Source of the DNA: Auanema rhodensis
Taxonomy: Eukaryota > Animalia > Nematoda
NCBI GenBank assembly: GCA_964057225.1
Contig: OZ059896.1
Span: forward strand, 2,108,001-2,172,000
Direction: 5' to 3'
DNA length: 64,000 nucleotides
Shown: positions 1-13,359 of the stretch, piece after piece
Position numbering within the stretch: the first letter of the stretch is position 1
How the letters are laid out: every line of letters begins with the position of its first letter
The notes under the pieces: generated by a model
The model's input: only the letters and a program-made list of their open reading frames with translations
The model's database searches: none
What the model was told of the DNA's origin: nothing
Made by a program: the position numbers and the translations under genes

Positions 1-3000
1 GTAAGAAAACATGAAGAAATTTTAACAAATACAAAGAAGAATGAAAAAATTATCAAGAGATGCATAACGTATTATAGAGTATCAGTAAACATTTTAAATA
101 TGAACAGGTTTCAAAAAAAGTTATAACAAGTCATGGTAAAATCAAGTTTTAAAAGCAAAGAAGAAGTATCAAGAAGGATTTTCAGTAAGAAAACATGAAG
201 AAATTTTAACAAATACAAAAAAGAATGAGAAAATTATCGAAAGATGTACAAAGTATACTAGAGTATCAGTAAACATTTAAAATATGAACAGGTTTCAAAA
301 AAAGTAATATCAATTCATGGGAAAATCGAGTTTTAAAAGCAAAGAAGAAGTATCAAGAAGGATTTTCAATAAGAAAACATGAAGAAATTTTAACAAATAC
401 AAAGAAGAATGAGAAAATTATCAAGAAATGTATAACGTATTATAGAGTATCAGTAAACATTTAAAATATGAACAGGTTTCAAAAAAAGTAATATCAATTC
501 ATGGGAAAATCGAGTTTTAAAAGCAAAGAAGAAGTATCAAGAAGGATTTTCAGTAAGAAAACATGAAGAAATTTTCAAGAATACAAAGAAGAATGAGAAA
601 ATTATCAGGAGATGTACAAAGTATACTAGAGTAAACTATTATTTATTCCATGAACAGGATACGAAAGAAAGTTATAACAAGTCATGGTAAAATCAAGTAT
701 TAAAAACAAAAAAAAGTATCAAGAAGCATTTTCAGTAAGAAAACATGAAGAAATTTTAACAAATACAAATAAGAATGAGAAAATTATCAAGAGATATATA
801 ACGTACTATAGAGTATCAGTAAACATTTTAAATATGAACAGGTTTCAAAAAAAGTTATAACAAGTCATGGTAAAATCAAGTTTTAAAAGCAAAGAAGAAG
901 TATCAAGAAGGATTTTCAGTAAGAAAACATGAAGAAATTTTAACAAATACAAATAAGAATGAGAAAATTATCAAGAAATGTACAAAGTATACTAGAGTAA
1001 ACTATTATTTATTCCATGAACAGGATACGAAAGAAAGTTATAACAAGTCATGGTAAAATCAAGTATTAAAAACAAAAAAAAAGTATCAAGAAGCATTTTC
1101 AGTAAGAAAACATGAAGAAATTTTAACAAATACAAATAAGAATGAGAAAATTATCAAGAAATGTACAAAGTATACTAGAGTAAATAATTATTTACTACAT
1201 GAACAAGATACGAAAGAAAGTAATATCAAGTCATGATAAAATCAAGTATTAAAAACGAAGAAGAAGTATCAAGAAGGATTTTCAATAAGAAAACATGAAG
1301 AAATTTTAACAAATACAAAGAAGAATGAGAAAATTATCAAGAAATGTATAACGTATTATAGAGTATCAGTAAACATTTAAAATATGAACAGGTTTCAAAA
1401 AAAGTAATATCAATTCATGGGAAAATCGAGTTTTAAAAGCAAAGAAGAAGTATCAAGAAGGATTTTCAGTAAGAAAACATGAAGAAATTTTTAAGAATAC
1501 AAAGAAGAATGAGAAAATTATCAAGAAATGTACAAAGTATACTAGAGTAAATAATTATTTACTACATGAACAAGATACGAAAGAAAGTAATATCAAGTCA
1601 TGATAAAATCAAGTTTTAAAAACAAAAAAAAGTATCAAGAAGCATTTTCAGTAAGAAAACATGAAGAAATTTTAACAAATACAAATAAGAATGAGAAAAT
1701 TATCAAGAGATATATAACGTACTATAGAGTATCAGTAAACATTTTAAATATGAACAGGTTTCAAAAAAAGTTATAACAAGTCATGGTAAAATCAAGTTTT
1801 AAAAGCAAAGAAGAAGTATCAAGAAGGATTTTCAGTAAGAAAACATGAAGAAATTTTAACAAATACAAAAAAGAATGACAAAATTATCGAAAGATGTACA
1901 AAGTATACTAGAGTATCAGTAAACATTTAAAATATGAACAGGTTTCAACAAAAGTAAAATCAAGTCATGATAAAATCAAGTATTAAAAACAAAAAAAAAG
2001 TATCAAGAAGCATTTTCAGTAAGAAAACAGGAAGAAATTTTAACAAATACAAAAAAGAATGAGAAAATTATCAAGAGATGTACAAAATATACTAGAGTAA
2101 AATATTATTTATTCCATGAACATGATACGAAAGAAAGTTATAACAAGTCATGGTAAAATCAAGTATTAAAAACAAAAAAAAGTATCAAGAAGCATCTTCA
2201 GTAGGAAAACATGAAGAAATTTTAACAAATACACAGAAGAATGAGAAAATTATCAAGAGATATATAACGTACTATAGAGTATCAGTAAACATTTTAAATA
2301 TGAACAGGTTTCAAAAAAAGTTATAACAAGTCATGGTAAAATCAAGTTTTAAAAGCAAAGAAGAAGTATCAAGAAGGATTTTCAGTAAGAAAACATGAAG
2401 AAATTTTAACAAATACAAAAAAGAATGAGAAAATTATCGAAAGATGCATAACATATTATAGAGTATCAGTAAACATTTGAAATATGAACAGGTTTCAAAA
2501 AAAGTTATAACAAGTCATGGTAAAATCAAGTTTTAAAAGCAAAGAAGAAGTATCAAGAACGATTTTCAGTAAGAAAACATGAAGAAATTTTAACAAATAC
2601 AAAGAAGAATGAAAAAATTATCAAGAGATGCATAACGTATTATAGAGTATCAGTAAACATTTTAAATATGAACAGGTTTCAAAAAAAGTTATAACAAGTC
2701 ATGGTAAAATCAAGTTTTAAAAGCAAAGAAGAAGTATCAAGAAGGATTTTCAGCAAGAAAACATGAAGAAATTTTAACAAATACAAAGAAGAATGAGAAA
2801 ATTATCAAGAGATATATAACGTACTATAGAGTATCAGTAAACATTTTAAATATGAACAGGTTTCAAAAAAAGTTATAACAAGTCATGGTAAAATCAAGTT
2901 TTAAAAGCAAAGAAGAAGTATCAAGAAGGATTTTCAGTAAGAAAACATGAAGAAATTTTAACAAATACAAAAAAGAATGACAAAATTATCGAAAGATGTA

Positions 3001-6000
3001 CAAAGTATACTAGAGTATCAGTAAACATTTAAAATATGAACAGGTTTCAACAAAAGTAAAATCAAGTCATGATAAAATCAAGTATTAAAAACAAAAAAAA
3101 AGTATCAAGAAGCATTTTCAGTAAGAAAACAGGAAGAAATTTTAACAAATACAAAAAAGAATGAGAAAATTATCAAGAGATGTACAAAATATACTAGAGT
3201 AAAATATTATTTATTCCATGAACATGATACGAAAGAAAGTTATAACAAGTCATGGTAAAATCAAGTATTAAAAACAAAAAAAAGTATCAAGAAGCATCTT
3301 CAGTAGGAAAACATGAAGAAATTTTAACAAATACACAGAAGAATGAGAAAATTATCAAGAGATATATAACGTACTATAGAGTATCAGTAAACATTTTAAA
3401 TATGAACAGGTTTCAAAAAAAGTTATAACAAGTCATGGTAAAATCAAGTTTTAAAAGCAAAGAAGAAGTATCAAGAAGGATTTTCAGTAAGAAAACATGA
3501 AGAAATTTTAACAAATACAAAGAAGAATGAAAAAATTATCAAGAGATGCATAACGTATTATAGAGTATCAGTAAACATTTTAAATATGAACAGGTTTCAA
3601 AAAAAGTTATAACAAGTCATGGTAAAATCAAGTATTAAAAACAAAAAAAAGTATCAAGAAGCATCTTCAGTAGGAAAACATGAAGAAATTTTAACAAATA
3701 CAAAGAAGAATGAAAAAATTATCAAGAGATGCATAACGTATTATAGAGTATCAGTAAACATTTTAAATATGAACAGGTTTCAAAAAAAGTTATAACAAGT
3801 CATGGTAAAATCAAGTTTTAAAAGCAAAGAAGAAGTATCAAGAAGGATTTTCAGCAAGAAAACATGAAGAAATTTTAACAAATACAAAGAAGAATGAGAA
3901 AATTATCAAGAGATATATAACGTACTATAGAGTATCAGTAAACATTTTAAATATGAACAGGTTTCAAAAAAAGTTATAACAAGTCATGGTAAAATCAAGT
4001 TTTAAAAGCAAAGAAGAAGTATCAAGAAGGATTTTCAGCAAGAAAACATGAAGAAATTTTAACAAATACAAAGAAGAATGAGAAAATTATCGAAAGATGT
4101 ACAAATTATACTAGAGTATCAGTAAACATTTAAAATATGAACAGGTTTCAACAAAAGTAATATCAAGTCATGATAAAATCAAGTATTGAAAACAAAAAAA
4201 AAGTATCAAGAAGGATTTTCAGTAAGAAAACATGAAGAAATTTTAACAAATACAAAGAAGAATGAAAAAATTATCAAGAGATGCATAACGTATTATAGAG
4301 TATCAGTAAACATTTTAAATATGAACAGGTTTCAAAAAAAGTTATAACAAGTCATGGTAAAATCAAGTTTTAAAAGCAAAGAAGAAGTATCAAGAAGGAT
4401 TTTCAGTAAGAAAACATGAAGAAATTTTAACAAATACAAAAAAGAATGAGAAAATTATCGAAAGATGCATAACATATTATAGAGTATCAGTAAACATTTA
4501 AAATATGAACAGGTTTCAAAAAAAGTAATATCAATTCATGGGAAAATCGAGTTTTAAAAGCAAAGAAGAAGTATCAAGAAGGATTTTCAATAAGAAAACA
4601 TGAAGAAATTTTAACAAATACAAAGAAGAATGAGAAAATTATCAAGAAATGTATAACGTATTATAGAGTATCAGTAAACATTTAAAATATGAACAGGTTT
4701 CAAAAAAAGTAATATCAATTCATGGGAAAATCGAGTTTTAAAAGCAAAGAAGAAGTATCAAGAAGGATTTTCAGTAAGAAAACATGAAGAAATTTTCAAG
4801 AATACAAAGAAGAATGAGAAAATTATCAGGAGATGTACAAAGTATACTAGAGTAAACTATTATTTATTCCATGAACAGGATACGAAAGAAAGTTATAACA
4901 AGTCATGGTAAAATCAAGTATTAAAAACAAAAAAAAGTATCAAGAAGCATTTTCAGTAAGAAAACATGAAGAAATTTTAACAAATACAAATAAGAATGAG
5001 AAAATTATCAAGAGATATATAACGTACTATAGAGTATCAGTAAACATTTTAAATATGAACAGGTTTCAAAAAAAGTTATAACAAGTCATGGTAAAATCAA
5101 GTTTTAAAAGCAAAGAAGAAGTATCAAGAAGGATTTTCAGTAAGAAAACATGAAGAAATTTTAACAAATACAAATAAGAATGAGAAAATTATCAAGAAAT
5201 GTACAAAGTATACTAGAGTAAACTATTATTTATTCCATGAACAGGATACGAAAGAAAGTTATAACAAGTCATGGTAAAATCAAGTATTAAAAACAAAAAA
5301 AAAGTATCAAGAAGCATTTTCAGTAAGAAAACATGAAGAAATTTTAACAAATACAAATAAGAATGAGAAAATTATCAAGAAATGTACAAAGTATACTAGA
5401 GTAAATAATTATTTACTACATGAACAAGATACGAAAGAAAGTAATATCAAGTCATGATAAAATCAAGTATTAAAAACAAAGAAGAAGTATCAAGAAGGAT
5501 TTTCAATAAGAAAACATGAAGAAATTTTAACAAATACAAAGAAGAATGAGAAAATTATCAAGAAATGTATAACGTATTATAGAGTATCAGTAAACATTTA
5601 AAATATGAACAGGTTTCAAAAAAAGTAATATCAATTCATGGGAAAATCGAGTTTTAAAAGCAAAGAAGAAGTATCAAGAAGGATTTTCAGTAAGAAAACA
5701 TGAAGAAATTTTTAAGAATACAAAGAAGAATGAGAAAATTATCAAGAAATGTACAAAGTATACTAGAGTAAATAATTATTTACTACATGAACAAGATACG
5801 AAAGAAAGTAATATCAAGTCATGATAAAATCAAGTTTTAAAAACAAAAAAAAGTATCAAGAAGCATTTTCAGTAAGAAAACATGAAGAAATTTTAACAAA
5901 TACAAATAAGAATGAGAAAATTATCAAGAGATATATAACGTACTATAGAGTATCAGTAAACATTTTAAATATGAACAGGTTTCAAAAAAAGTTATAACAA

Positions 6001-9000
6001 GTCATGGTAAAATCAAGTTTTAAAAGCAAAGAAGAAGTATCAAGAAGGATTTTCAGTAAGAAAACATGAAGAAATTTTAACAAATACAAAAAAGAATGAC
6101 AAAATTATCGAAAGATGTACAAAGTATACTAGAGTATCAGTAAACATTTAAAATATGAACAGGTTTCAACAAAAGTAAAATCAAGTCATGATAAAATCAA
6201 GTATTAAAAACAAAAAAAAAGTATCAAGAAGCATTTTCAGTAAGAAAACAGGAAGAAATTTTAACAAATACAAAGAAGAATGAAAAAATTATCAAGAGAT
6301 GCATAACGTATTATAGAGTATCAGTAAACATTTTAAATATGAACAGGTTTCAAAAAAAGTTATAACAAGTCATGGTAAAATCAAGTTTTAAAAGCAAAGA
6401 AGAAGTATCAAGAAGGATTTTCAGTAAGAAAACATGAAGAAATTTTAACAAATACAAAAAAGAATGAGAAAATTATCGAAAGATGCATAACATATTATAG
6501 AGTATCAGTAAACATTTAAAATATGAACAGGTTTCAAAAAAAGTAATATCAATTCATGGGAAAATCGAGTTTTAAAAGCAAAGAAGAAGTATCAAGAAGG
6601 ATTTTCAATAAGAAAACATGAAGAAATTTTAACAAATACAAAGAAGAATGAGAAAATTATCAAGAAATGTATAACGTATTATAGAGTATCAGTAAACATT
6701 TAAAATATGAACAGGTTTCAAAAAAAGTAATATCAATTCATGGGAAAATCGAGTTTTAAAAGCAAAGAAGAAGTATCAAGAAGGATTTTCAGTAAGAAAA
6801 CATGAAGAAATTTTCAAGAATACAAAGAAGAATGAGAAAATTATCAGGAGATGTACAAAGTATACTAGAGTAAACTATTATTTATTCCATGAACAGGATA
6901 CGAAAGAAAGTTATAACAAGTCATGGTAAAATCAAGTATTAAAAACAAAAAAAAGTATCAAGAAGCATTTTCAGTAAGAAAACATGAAGAAATTTTAACA
7001 AATACAAATAAGAATGAGAAAATTATCAAGAGATATATAACGTACTATAGAGTATCAGTAAACATTTTAAATATGAACAGGTTTCAAAAAAAGTTATAAC
7101 AAGTCATGGTAAAATCAAGTTTTAAAAGCAAAGAAGAAGTATCAAGAAGGATTTTCAGTAAGAAAACATGAAGAAATTTTAACAAATACAAATAAGAATG
7201 AGAAAATTATCAAGAAATGTACAAAGTATACTAGAGTAAACTATTATTTATTCCATGAACAGGATACGAAAGAAAGTTATAACAAGTCATGGTAAAATCA
7301 AGTATTAAAAACAAAAAAAAAGTATCAAGAAGCATTTTCAGTAAGAAAACATGAAGAAATTTTAACAAATACAAATAAGAATGAGAAAATTATCAAGAAA
7401 TGTACAAAGTATACTAGAGTAAATAATTATTTACTACATGAACAAGATACGAAAGAAAGTAATATCAAGTCATGATAAAATCAAGTATTAAAAACAAAGA
7501 AGAAGTATCAAGAAGGATTTTCAATAAGAAAACATGAAGAAATTTTAACAAATACAAAGAAGAATGAGAAAATTATCAAGAAATGTATAACGTATTATAG
7601 AGTATCAGTAAACATTTAAAATATGAACAGGTTTCAAAAAAAGTAATATCAATTCATGGGAAAATCGAGTTTTAAAAGCAAAGAAGAAGTATCAAGAAGG
7701 ATTTTCAGTAAGAAAACATGAAGAAATTTTTAAGAATACAAAGAAGAATGAGAAAATTATCAAGAAATGTACAAAGTATACTAGAGTAAATAATTATTTA
7801 CTACATGAACAAGATACGAAAGAAAGTAATATCAAGTCATGATAAAATCAAGTTTTAAAAACAAAAAAAAGTATCAAGAAGCATTTTCAGTAAGAAAACA
7901 TGAAGAAATTTTAACAAATACAAATAAGAATGAGAAAATTATCAAGAGATATATAACGTACTATAGAGTATCAGTAAACATTTTAAATATGAACAGGTTT
8001 CAAAAAAAGTTATAACAAGTCATGGTAAAATCAAGTTTTAAAAGCAAAGAAGAAGTATCAAGAAGGATTTTCAGTAAGAAAACATGAAGAAATTTTAACA
8101 AATACAAAAAAGAATGACAAAATTATCGAAAGATGTACAAAGTATACTAGAGTATCAGTAAACATTTAAAATATGAACAGGTTTCAACAAAAGTAAAATC
8201 AAGTCATGATAAAATCAAGTATTAAAAACAAAAAAAAAGTATCAAGAAGCATTTTCAGTAAGAAAACAGGAAGAAATTTTAACAAATACAAAAAAGAATG
8301 AGAAAATTATCAAGAGATGTACAAAATATACTAGAGTAAAATATTATTTATTCCATGAACATGATACGAAAGAAAGTTATAACAAGTCATGGTAAAATCA
8401 AGTATTAAAAACAAAAAAAAGTATCAAGAAGCATCTTCAGTAGGAAAACATGAAGAAATTTTAACAAATACACAGAAGAATGAGAAAATTATCAAGAGAT
8501 ATATAACGTACTATAGAGTATCAGTAAACATTTTAAATATGAACAGGTTTCAAAAAAAGTTATAACAAGTCATGGTAAAATCAAGTTTTAAAAGCAAAGA
8601 AGAAGTATCAAGAAGGATTTTCAGTAAGAAAACATGAAGAAATTTTAACAAATACAAAAAAGAATGAGAAAATTATCGAAAGATGCATAACATATTATAG
8701 AGTATCAGTAAACATTTGAAATATGAACAGGTTTCAAAAAAAGTAATATCAATTCATGGGGAAGTATTAAAAGCAGAGAAGAAGTATCAAGAAGGATTTT
8801 CAGTAAGAAAACATGAAGAAATTTTTAACAAATACAAAGAAGAATGAAAAAATTATCAAGAGATGCATAACGTATTATAGAGTATCAGTAAACATTTAAA
8901 ATATGAACAGGTTTCAAAAAAAGTTATAACAAATCATGGTAAAATCAAGTTTTAAAAGCAAAGAAGAAGTATCAAGAAGGATTTTCAATAAGAAAACATG

Positions 9001-10067
9001 AAGATATTTCAACAAATACAAATAAGAATGAGAAAATTATCAAGAGATATATAACGTACTATAGAGTATCAGTAAACATTTTAAATATGAACAGGTTTCA
9101 AAAAAAGTTATAACAAGTCATGGTAAAATCAAGTTTTAAAAGAAAAGAAGAAGTATCAAGAAGGATTTTCAGTAAGAAAACATGAAGAAATTTTAACAAA
9201 TACAAAAAAGAATGAGAAAATTATCGAAAGATGCATAACATATTATAGAGTATCAGTAAACATTTGAAATATGAACAGGTTTCAAAAAAAAGAATATCAA
9301 TTCATGGGGAAGTATTAAAAGCAGAGAAGAAGTATCAAGAAGGATTTTCAGTAAGAAAACATGAAGAAATTTTAACAAATACAAAGAAGAATGAAAAAAT
9401 TATCAAGAGATGCATAACGTATAATAGAGTATCAGTAAACATTTAAAATATGAACAGGTTTCAAAAAAAGTAATATCATTTCATGGGGAAGTATTAAAAG
9501 CGAAGAAGAAGTATCAAGAAGGATTTTCAATAAGAAAACATGAAGAAATTTCAACAAATACAAATAAGAATGAGAAAATTATCAAGAGATGTACAAAGTA
9601 TACTAGAGTAAACTATTATTTATTCCATGAACATGATACGAAAGAAAGTAATATCAAGTCAAGGTAAAATCAAGTATTAAAAACAAAAAAAAGTATCAAG
9701 AAGCATTTTCAGTAAGATAACATGAAGAAATTTCAACAAATACAAATAAGAGTGAGAAAATTATCAAGAGATGTATAACATATTATAGAGTATCAGTAAA
9801 CATTTAAAATATGAACAGGTTTCAAAAAAGGTAATATCATTTCATGGGGAAGTATTAAAAGCAAAGAAGAAGTAACAAGAAGGATTTTCAATAAGAAAAC
9901 ATGAAGAAATTTCAACAAATACAAATAAGAATGAGAAAATTATCAAGAGATATATAACGTACTATAGAGTATCAGTAAACATTTTAAATATGAACAGGTT
10001 TCAAAAAAAGTTATAACAAGTCATGGTAAAATCAAGTTTTAAAAGCAAAGAAGAAGTATCAAGAAGG
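1..10067 (+). repeat. Satellite array Sat-A, ~184-bp monomer (182-184; 180-bp variants near the right end), A-rich strand on +, ~55 copies, open at the left window edge
   Basis: The motif gtaagaaaacatgaagaaat (or its ataag variant) recurs at 1, 185, 369, 553, 735 and onward (periods 184, 184, 184, 182). No unique sequence intervenes. The forward match ends at aagtatcaagaagg (10067). Confidence 0.97.
4234..8292 (+). repeat. 11-monomer (2018 bp) higher-order repeat of Sat-A, two tandem copies, with a third near-copy 4221 bp upstream
   Basis: Diagnostic variants recur at constant offsets of 4221 and 2018: attttcaagaatac at 571/4792/6810, ttaagaatac at 1491/5712/7730, aaaacagg (first g) at 2030/6251/8269. 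Confidence 0.88.
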
Positions 10068-10080
10068 TTCTTTCATTCTT
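10060..10080. other. Orientation-switch (inversion) junction within Sat-A
   Basis: aagtatcaagaagg | ttctt | tcattcttatttgtatttgttg: the forward monomer stops at 10067 and an unambiguous reverse-complement monomer starts at 10073. Confidence 0.93.
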
Positions 10081-13000
10081 ATTTGTATTTGTTGAAATTT
10101 CTTCATGTTTTCTTATTGAAAATCCTTCTTGATACTTCTTCTTTGCTTTTAATACTTCCCCATGAAATGATATTACTTTTTTTGAAACCTGTTCATATTT
10201 TAAATGTTTACTGATACTCTATAATACGTTATGCATCTCTTGATAATTTTTTCATTCTTCTTTGTATTTGTTAAAATTTCTTCATGTTTTCTTATTGAAA
10301 ATCCTTCTTGATACTTCTTCTTTGCTTTTAATACTTCCCCATGAAATGATATTACTTTTTTTGAAACCTGTTCATATTTTAAATGTTTACTGATACTCTA
10401 TAATACGTTATGCATCTCTTGATAATTTTTTCATTCTTCTTTGTATTTGTTAAAATTTCTTCATGTTTTCTTATTGAAAATCCTTCTTGATACTTCTTCT
10501 TTGCTTTTAATACTTCCCCATAAAATGATATTACTTTTTTCGAAATCTGTTCATATTTTAAATGTTTACTGATACTCTATAATACGTTATGCATCTCTTG
10601 ATAATTTTTTCATTCTTCTTTGTATTTGTTAAAAATTCTTCATGTTTTCTTACTGAAAATCCTTCGTGATACTTCTTCTCTGCTTTTAATACTTCCCCAT
10701 GAATTGATATTACTTTTTTTGAAACCTGTTCATATTCCAAATGTTTACTGATACTCTATAATATGTTATGCATCTTTCGATAATTTTCTCATTCTTTTTT
10801 GTATTTGTTGAAATTTCTTCATGTTATCTTACTGAAAATGCTTCTTGATACTTTTTTTTGTTTTTAATACTTCCCCATGAAATGATATTACTTTTTTTGA
10901 AATCTGTTCATATTTTAAATGTTTACTGATACTCTATAATACGTTATGCATCTCTTGATAATTTTTTCATTCTTCTTTGTATTTGTTAAAATTTCTTCAT
11001 GTTTTCTTATTGAAAATCCTTCTTGATACTTCTTCTTTGCTTTTAATACTTCCCCATGAAATGATATTACTTTTTTTGAAACCTGTTCATATTTTAAATG
11101 TTTACTGATACTCTATAATACGTTATGCATCTCTTGATAATTTTTTCATTCTTCTTTGTATTTGTTAAAATTTCTTCATGTTTTCTTATTGAAAATCCTT
11201 CTTGATACTTCTTCTTTGCTTTTAATACTTCCCCATGAAATGATATTACTTTTTTTGAAATCTGTTCATATTTTAAATGTTTACTGATACTCTATAATAC
11301 GTTATGCATCTCTTGATAATTTTTTCATTCTTCTTTGTATTTGTTAAAATTTCTTCATGTTTTCTTACTGAAAATCCTTCTTGATACTTCTTCTCTGCTT
11401 TTAATACTTCCCCATGAATTGATATTACTTTTTTTGAAACCTGTTCATATTCCAAATGTTTACTGATACTCTATAATATGTTATGCATCTTTCGATAATT
11501 TTCTCATTCTTTTTTGTATTTGTTGAAATTTCTTCATGTTATCTTACTGAAAATGCTTCTTGATACTTTTTTTTTGTTTTTAATACTTCCCCATGAATTG
11601 ATATTACTTTTTTTGAAACCTGTTCATATTTTAAATGTTTACTGATACTCTATAATATGTTATACATCTCTTGATAATTTTCTCATTCTTATTTGTATTT
11701 GTTAAAATTTCTTCATGTTTTCTTAATGAAAATCCTTCTTGATACTTCTTCTTTGCTTTTAAAACTTGATTTCCCCATGAGTTGATATTACTTTTTTTGA
11801 AACCTGTTCATATTTTAAATGTTTACTGATACTCTATAATACGTTATACATCTCTTGATAATTTTCTCATTCTTATTTGTATTTGTTAAAATTTCTTCAT
11901 GTTTTCTTATTGAAAATCCTTCTTGATACTTCTTCTTTGCTTTTAATACTTCCCCATGAAATGATATTACTTTTTTTGAAACCTGTTCATATTTTAAATG
12001 TTTACTGATACTCTATAATACGTTATGCATCTCTTGATAATTTTTTCATTCTTCTTTGTATTTGTTAAAATTTCTTCATGTTTTCTTATTGAAAATCCTT
12101 CTTGATACTTCTTCTTTGCTTTTAATACTTCCCCATGAAATGATATTACTTTTTTTGAAATCTGTTCATATTTTAAATGTTTACTGATACTCTATAATAC
12201 GTTATGCATCTCTTGATAATTTTTTCATTCTTCTTTGTATTTGTTAAAATTTCTTCATGTTTTCTTACTGAAAATCCTTCTTGATACTTCTTCTCTGCTT
12301 TTAATACTTCCCCATGAATTGATATTACTTTTTTTGAAACCTGTTCATATTCCAAATGTTTACTGATACTCTATAATATGTTATGCATCTTTCGATAATT
12401 TTCTCATTCTTTTTTGTATTTGTTGAAATTTCTTCATGTTATCTTACTGAAAATGCTTCTTGATACTTTTTTTTGTTTTTAATACTTCCCCATGAATTGA
12501 TATTACTTTTTTTGAAACCTGTTCATATTTTAAATGTTTACTGATACTCTATAATATGTTATACATCTCTTGATAATTTTCTCATTCTTATTTGTATTTG
12601 TTAAAATTTCTTCATGTTTTCTTAATGAAAATCCTTCTTGATACTTCTTCTTTGCTTTTAAAACTTGATTTCCCCATGAGTTGATATTACTTTTTTTGAA
12701 ACCTGTTCATATTTTAAATGTTTACTGATACTCTATAATATGTTATGCATCTCTTGATAATTTTCTCATTCTTATTTGTATTTGTTAAAATTTCTTCATG
12801 TTTTCTTACTGAAAATCCTTCTTGATACTTCTTCTCTGCTTTTAATACTTCCCCATGAATTGATATTACTTTTTTTGAAACCTGTTCATATTCCAAATGT
12901 TTACTGATACTCTATAATATGTTATGCATCTTTCGATAATTTTCTCATTCTTTTTTGTATTTGTTGAAATTTCTTCATGTTATCTTACTGAAAATGCTTC

Positions 13001-13359
13001 TTGATACTTTTTTTTGTTTTTAATACTTCCCCATGAATTGATATTACTTTTTTTGAAACCTGTTCATATTTTAAATGTTTACTGATACTCTATAATATGT
13101 TATACATCTCTTGATAATTTTCTCATTCTTATTTGTATTTGTTAAAATTTCTTCATGTTTTCTTAATGAAAATCCTTCTTGATACTTCTTCTTTGCTTTT
13201 AAAACTTGATTTCCCCATGAGTTGATATTACTTTTTTTGAAACCTGTTCATATTTTAAATGTTTACTGATACTCTATAATATGTTATACATCTCTTGATA
13301 ATTTTCTCATTCTTATTTGTATTTGTTAAAATTTCTTCATGTTTTCTTACTGAAAATGC
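10068..13359 (-). repeat. Sat-A array in inverted orientation, mostly ~180-bp variant, ~18 copies
   Basis: The sequence is the reverse complement of the Sat-A monomer (e.g. atttcttcatgttttcttactgaaaatcc). Most copies carry aatacttccccatg, the 4-bp-shorter variant. The match ends at ...cttactgaaaatgc (13359). Confidence 0.96.
10920..13260 (-). repeat. Higher-order repeats in the inverted Sat-A arm: 5-mer (~900 bp) then 3-mer (541 bp)
   Basis: The ORF-bearing variant (tattccaaatg, cttctctgc) recurs at 10558, 11273, 12173 and 12714 (offsets 715, 900, 541). The cttaatgaaa variant recurs at ~11722, 12621 and 13162 (offsets 899, 541). Boundaries are approximate. Confidence 0.8.

Noticed and set aside
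10023-10214. 63-aa + strand ORF crossing the inversion
   Set aside because: Chance read-through from forward into reverse-complement satellite. The hydrophobic tail comes from the T-rich strand.
9264-12896. 60-aa ORFs (MKYEQ/MEYEQVSKK...) in Sat-A
   Set aside because: They open only where the 4-bp deletion makes the monomer 180 bp and a SNP turns the usual TAA into TTG. They are K/E-rich because of the purine-rich strand and are absent from most copies.
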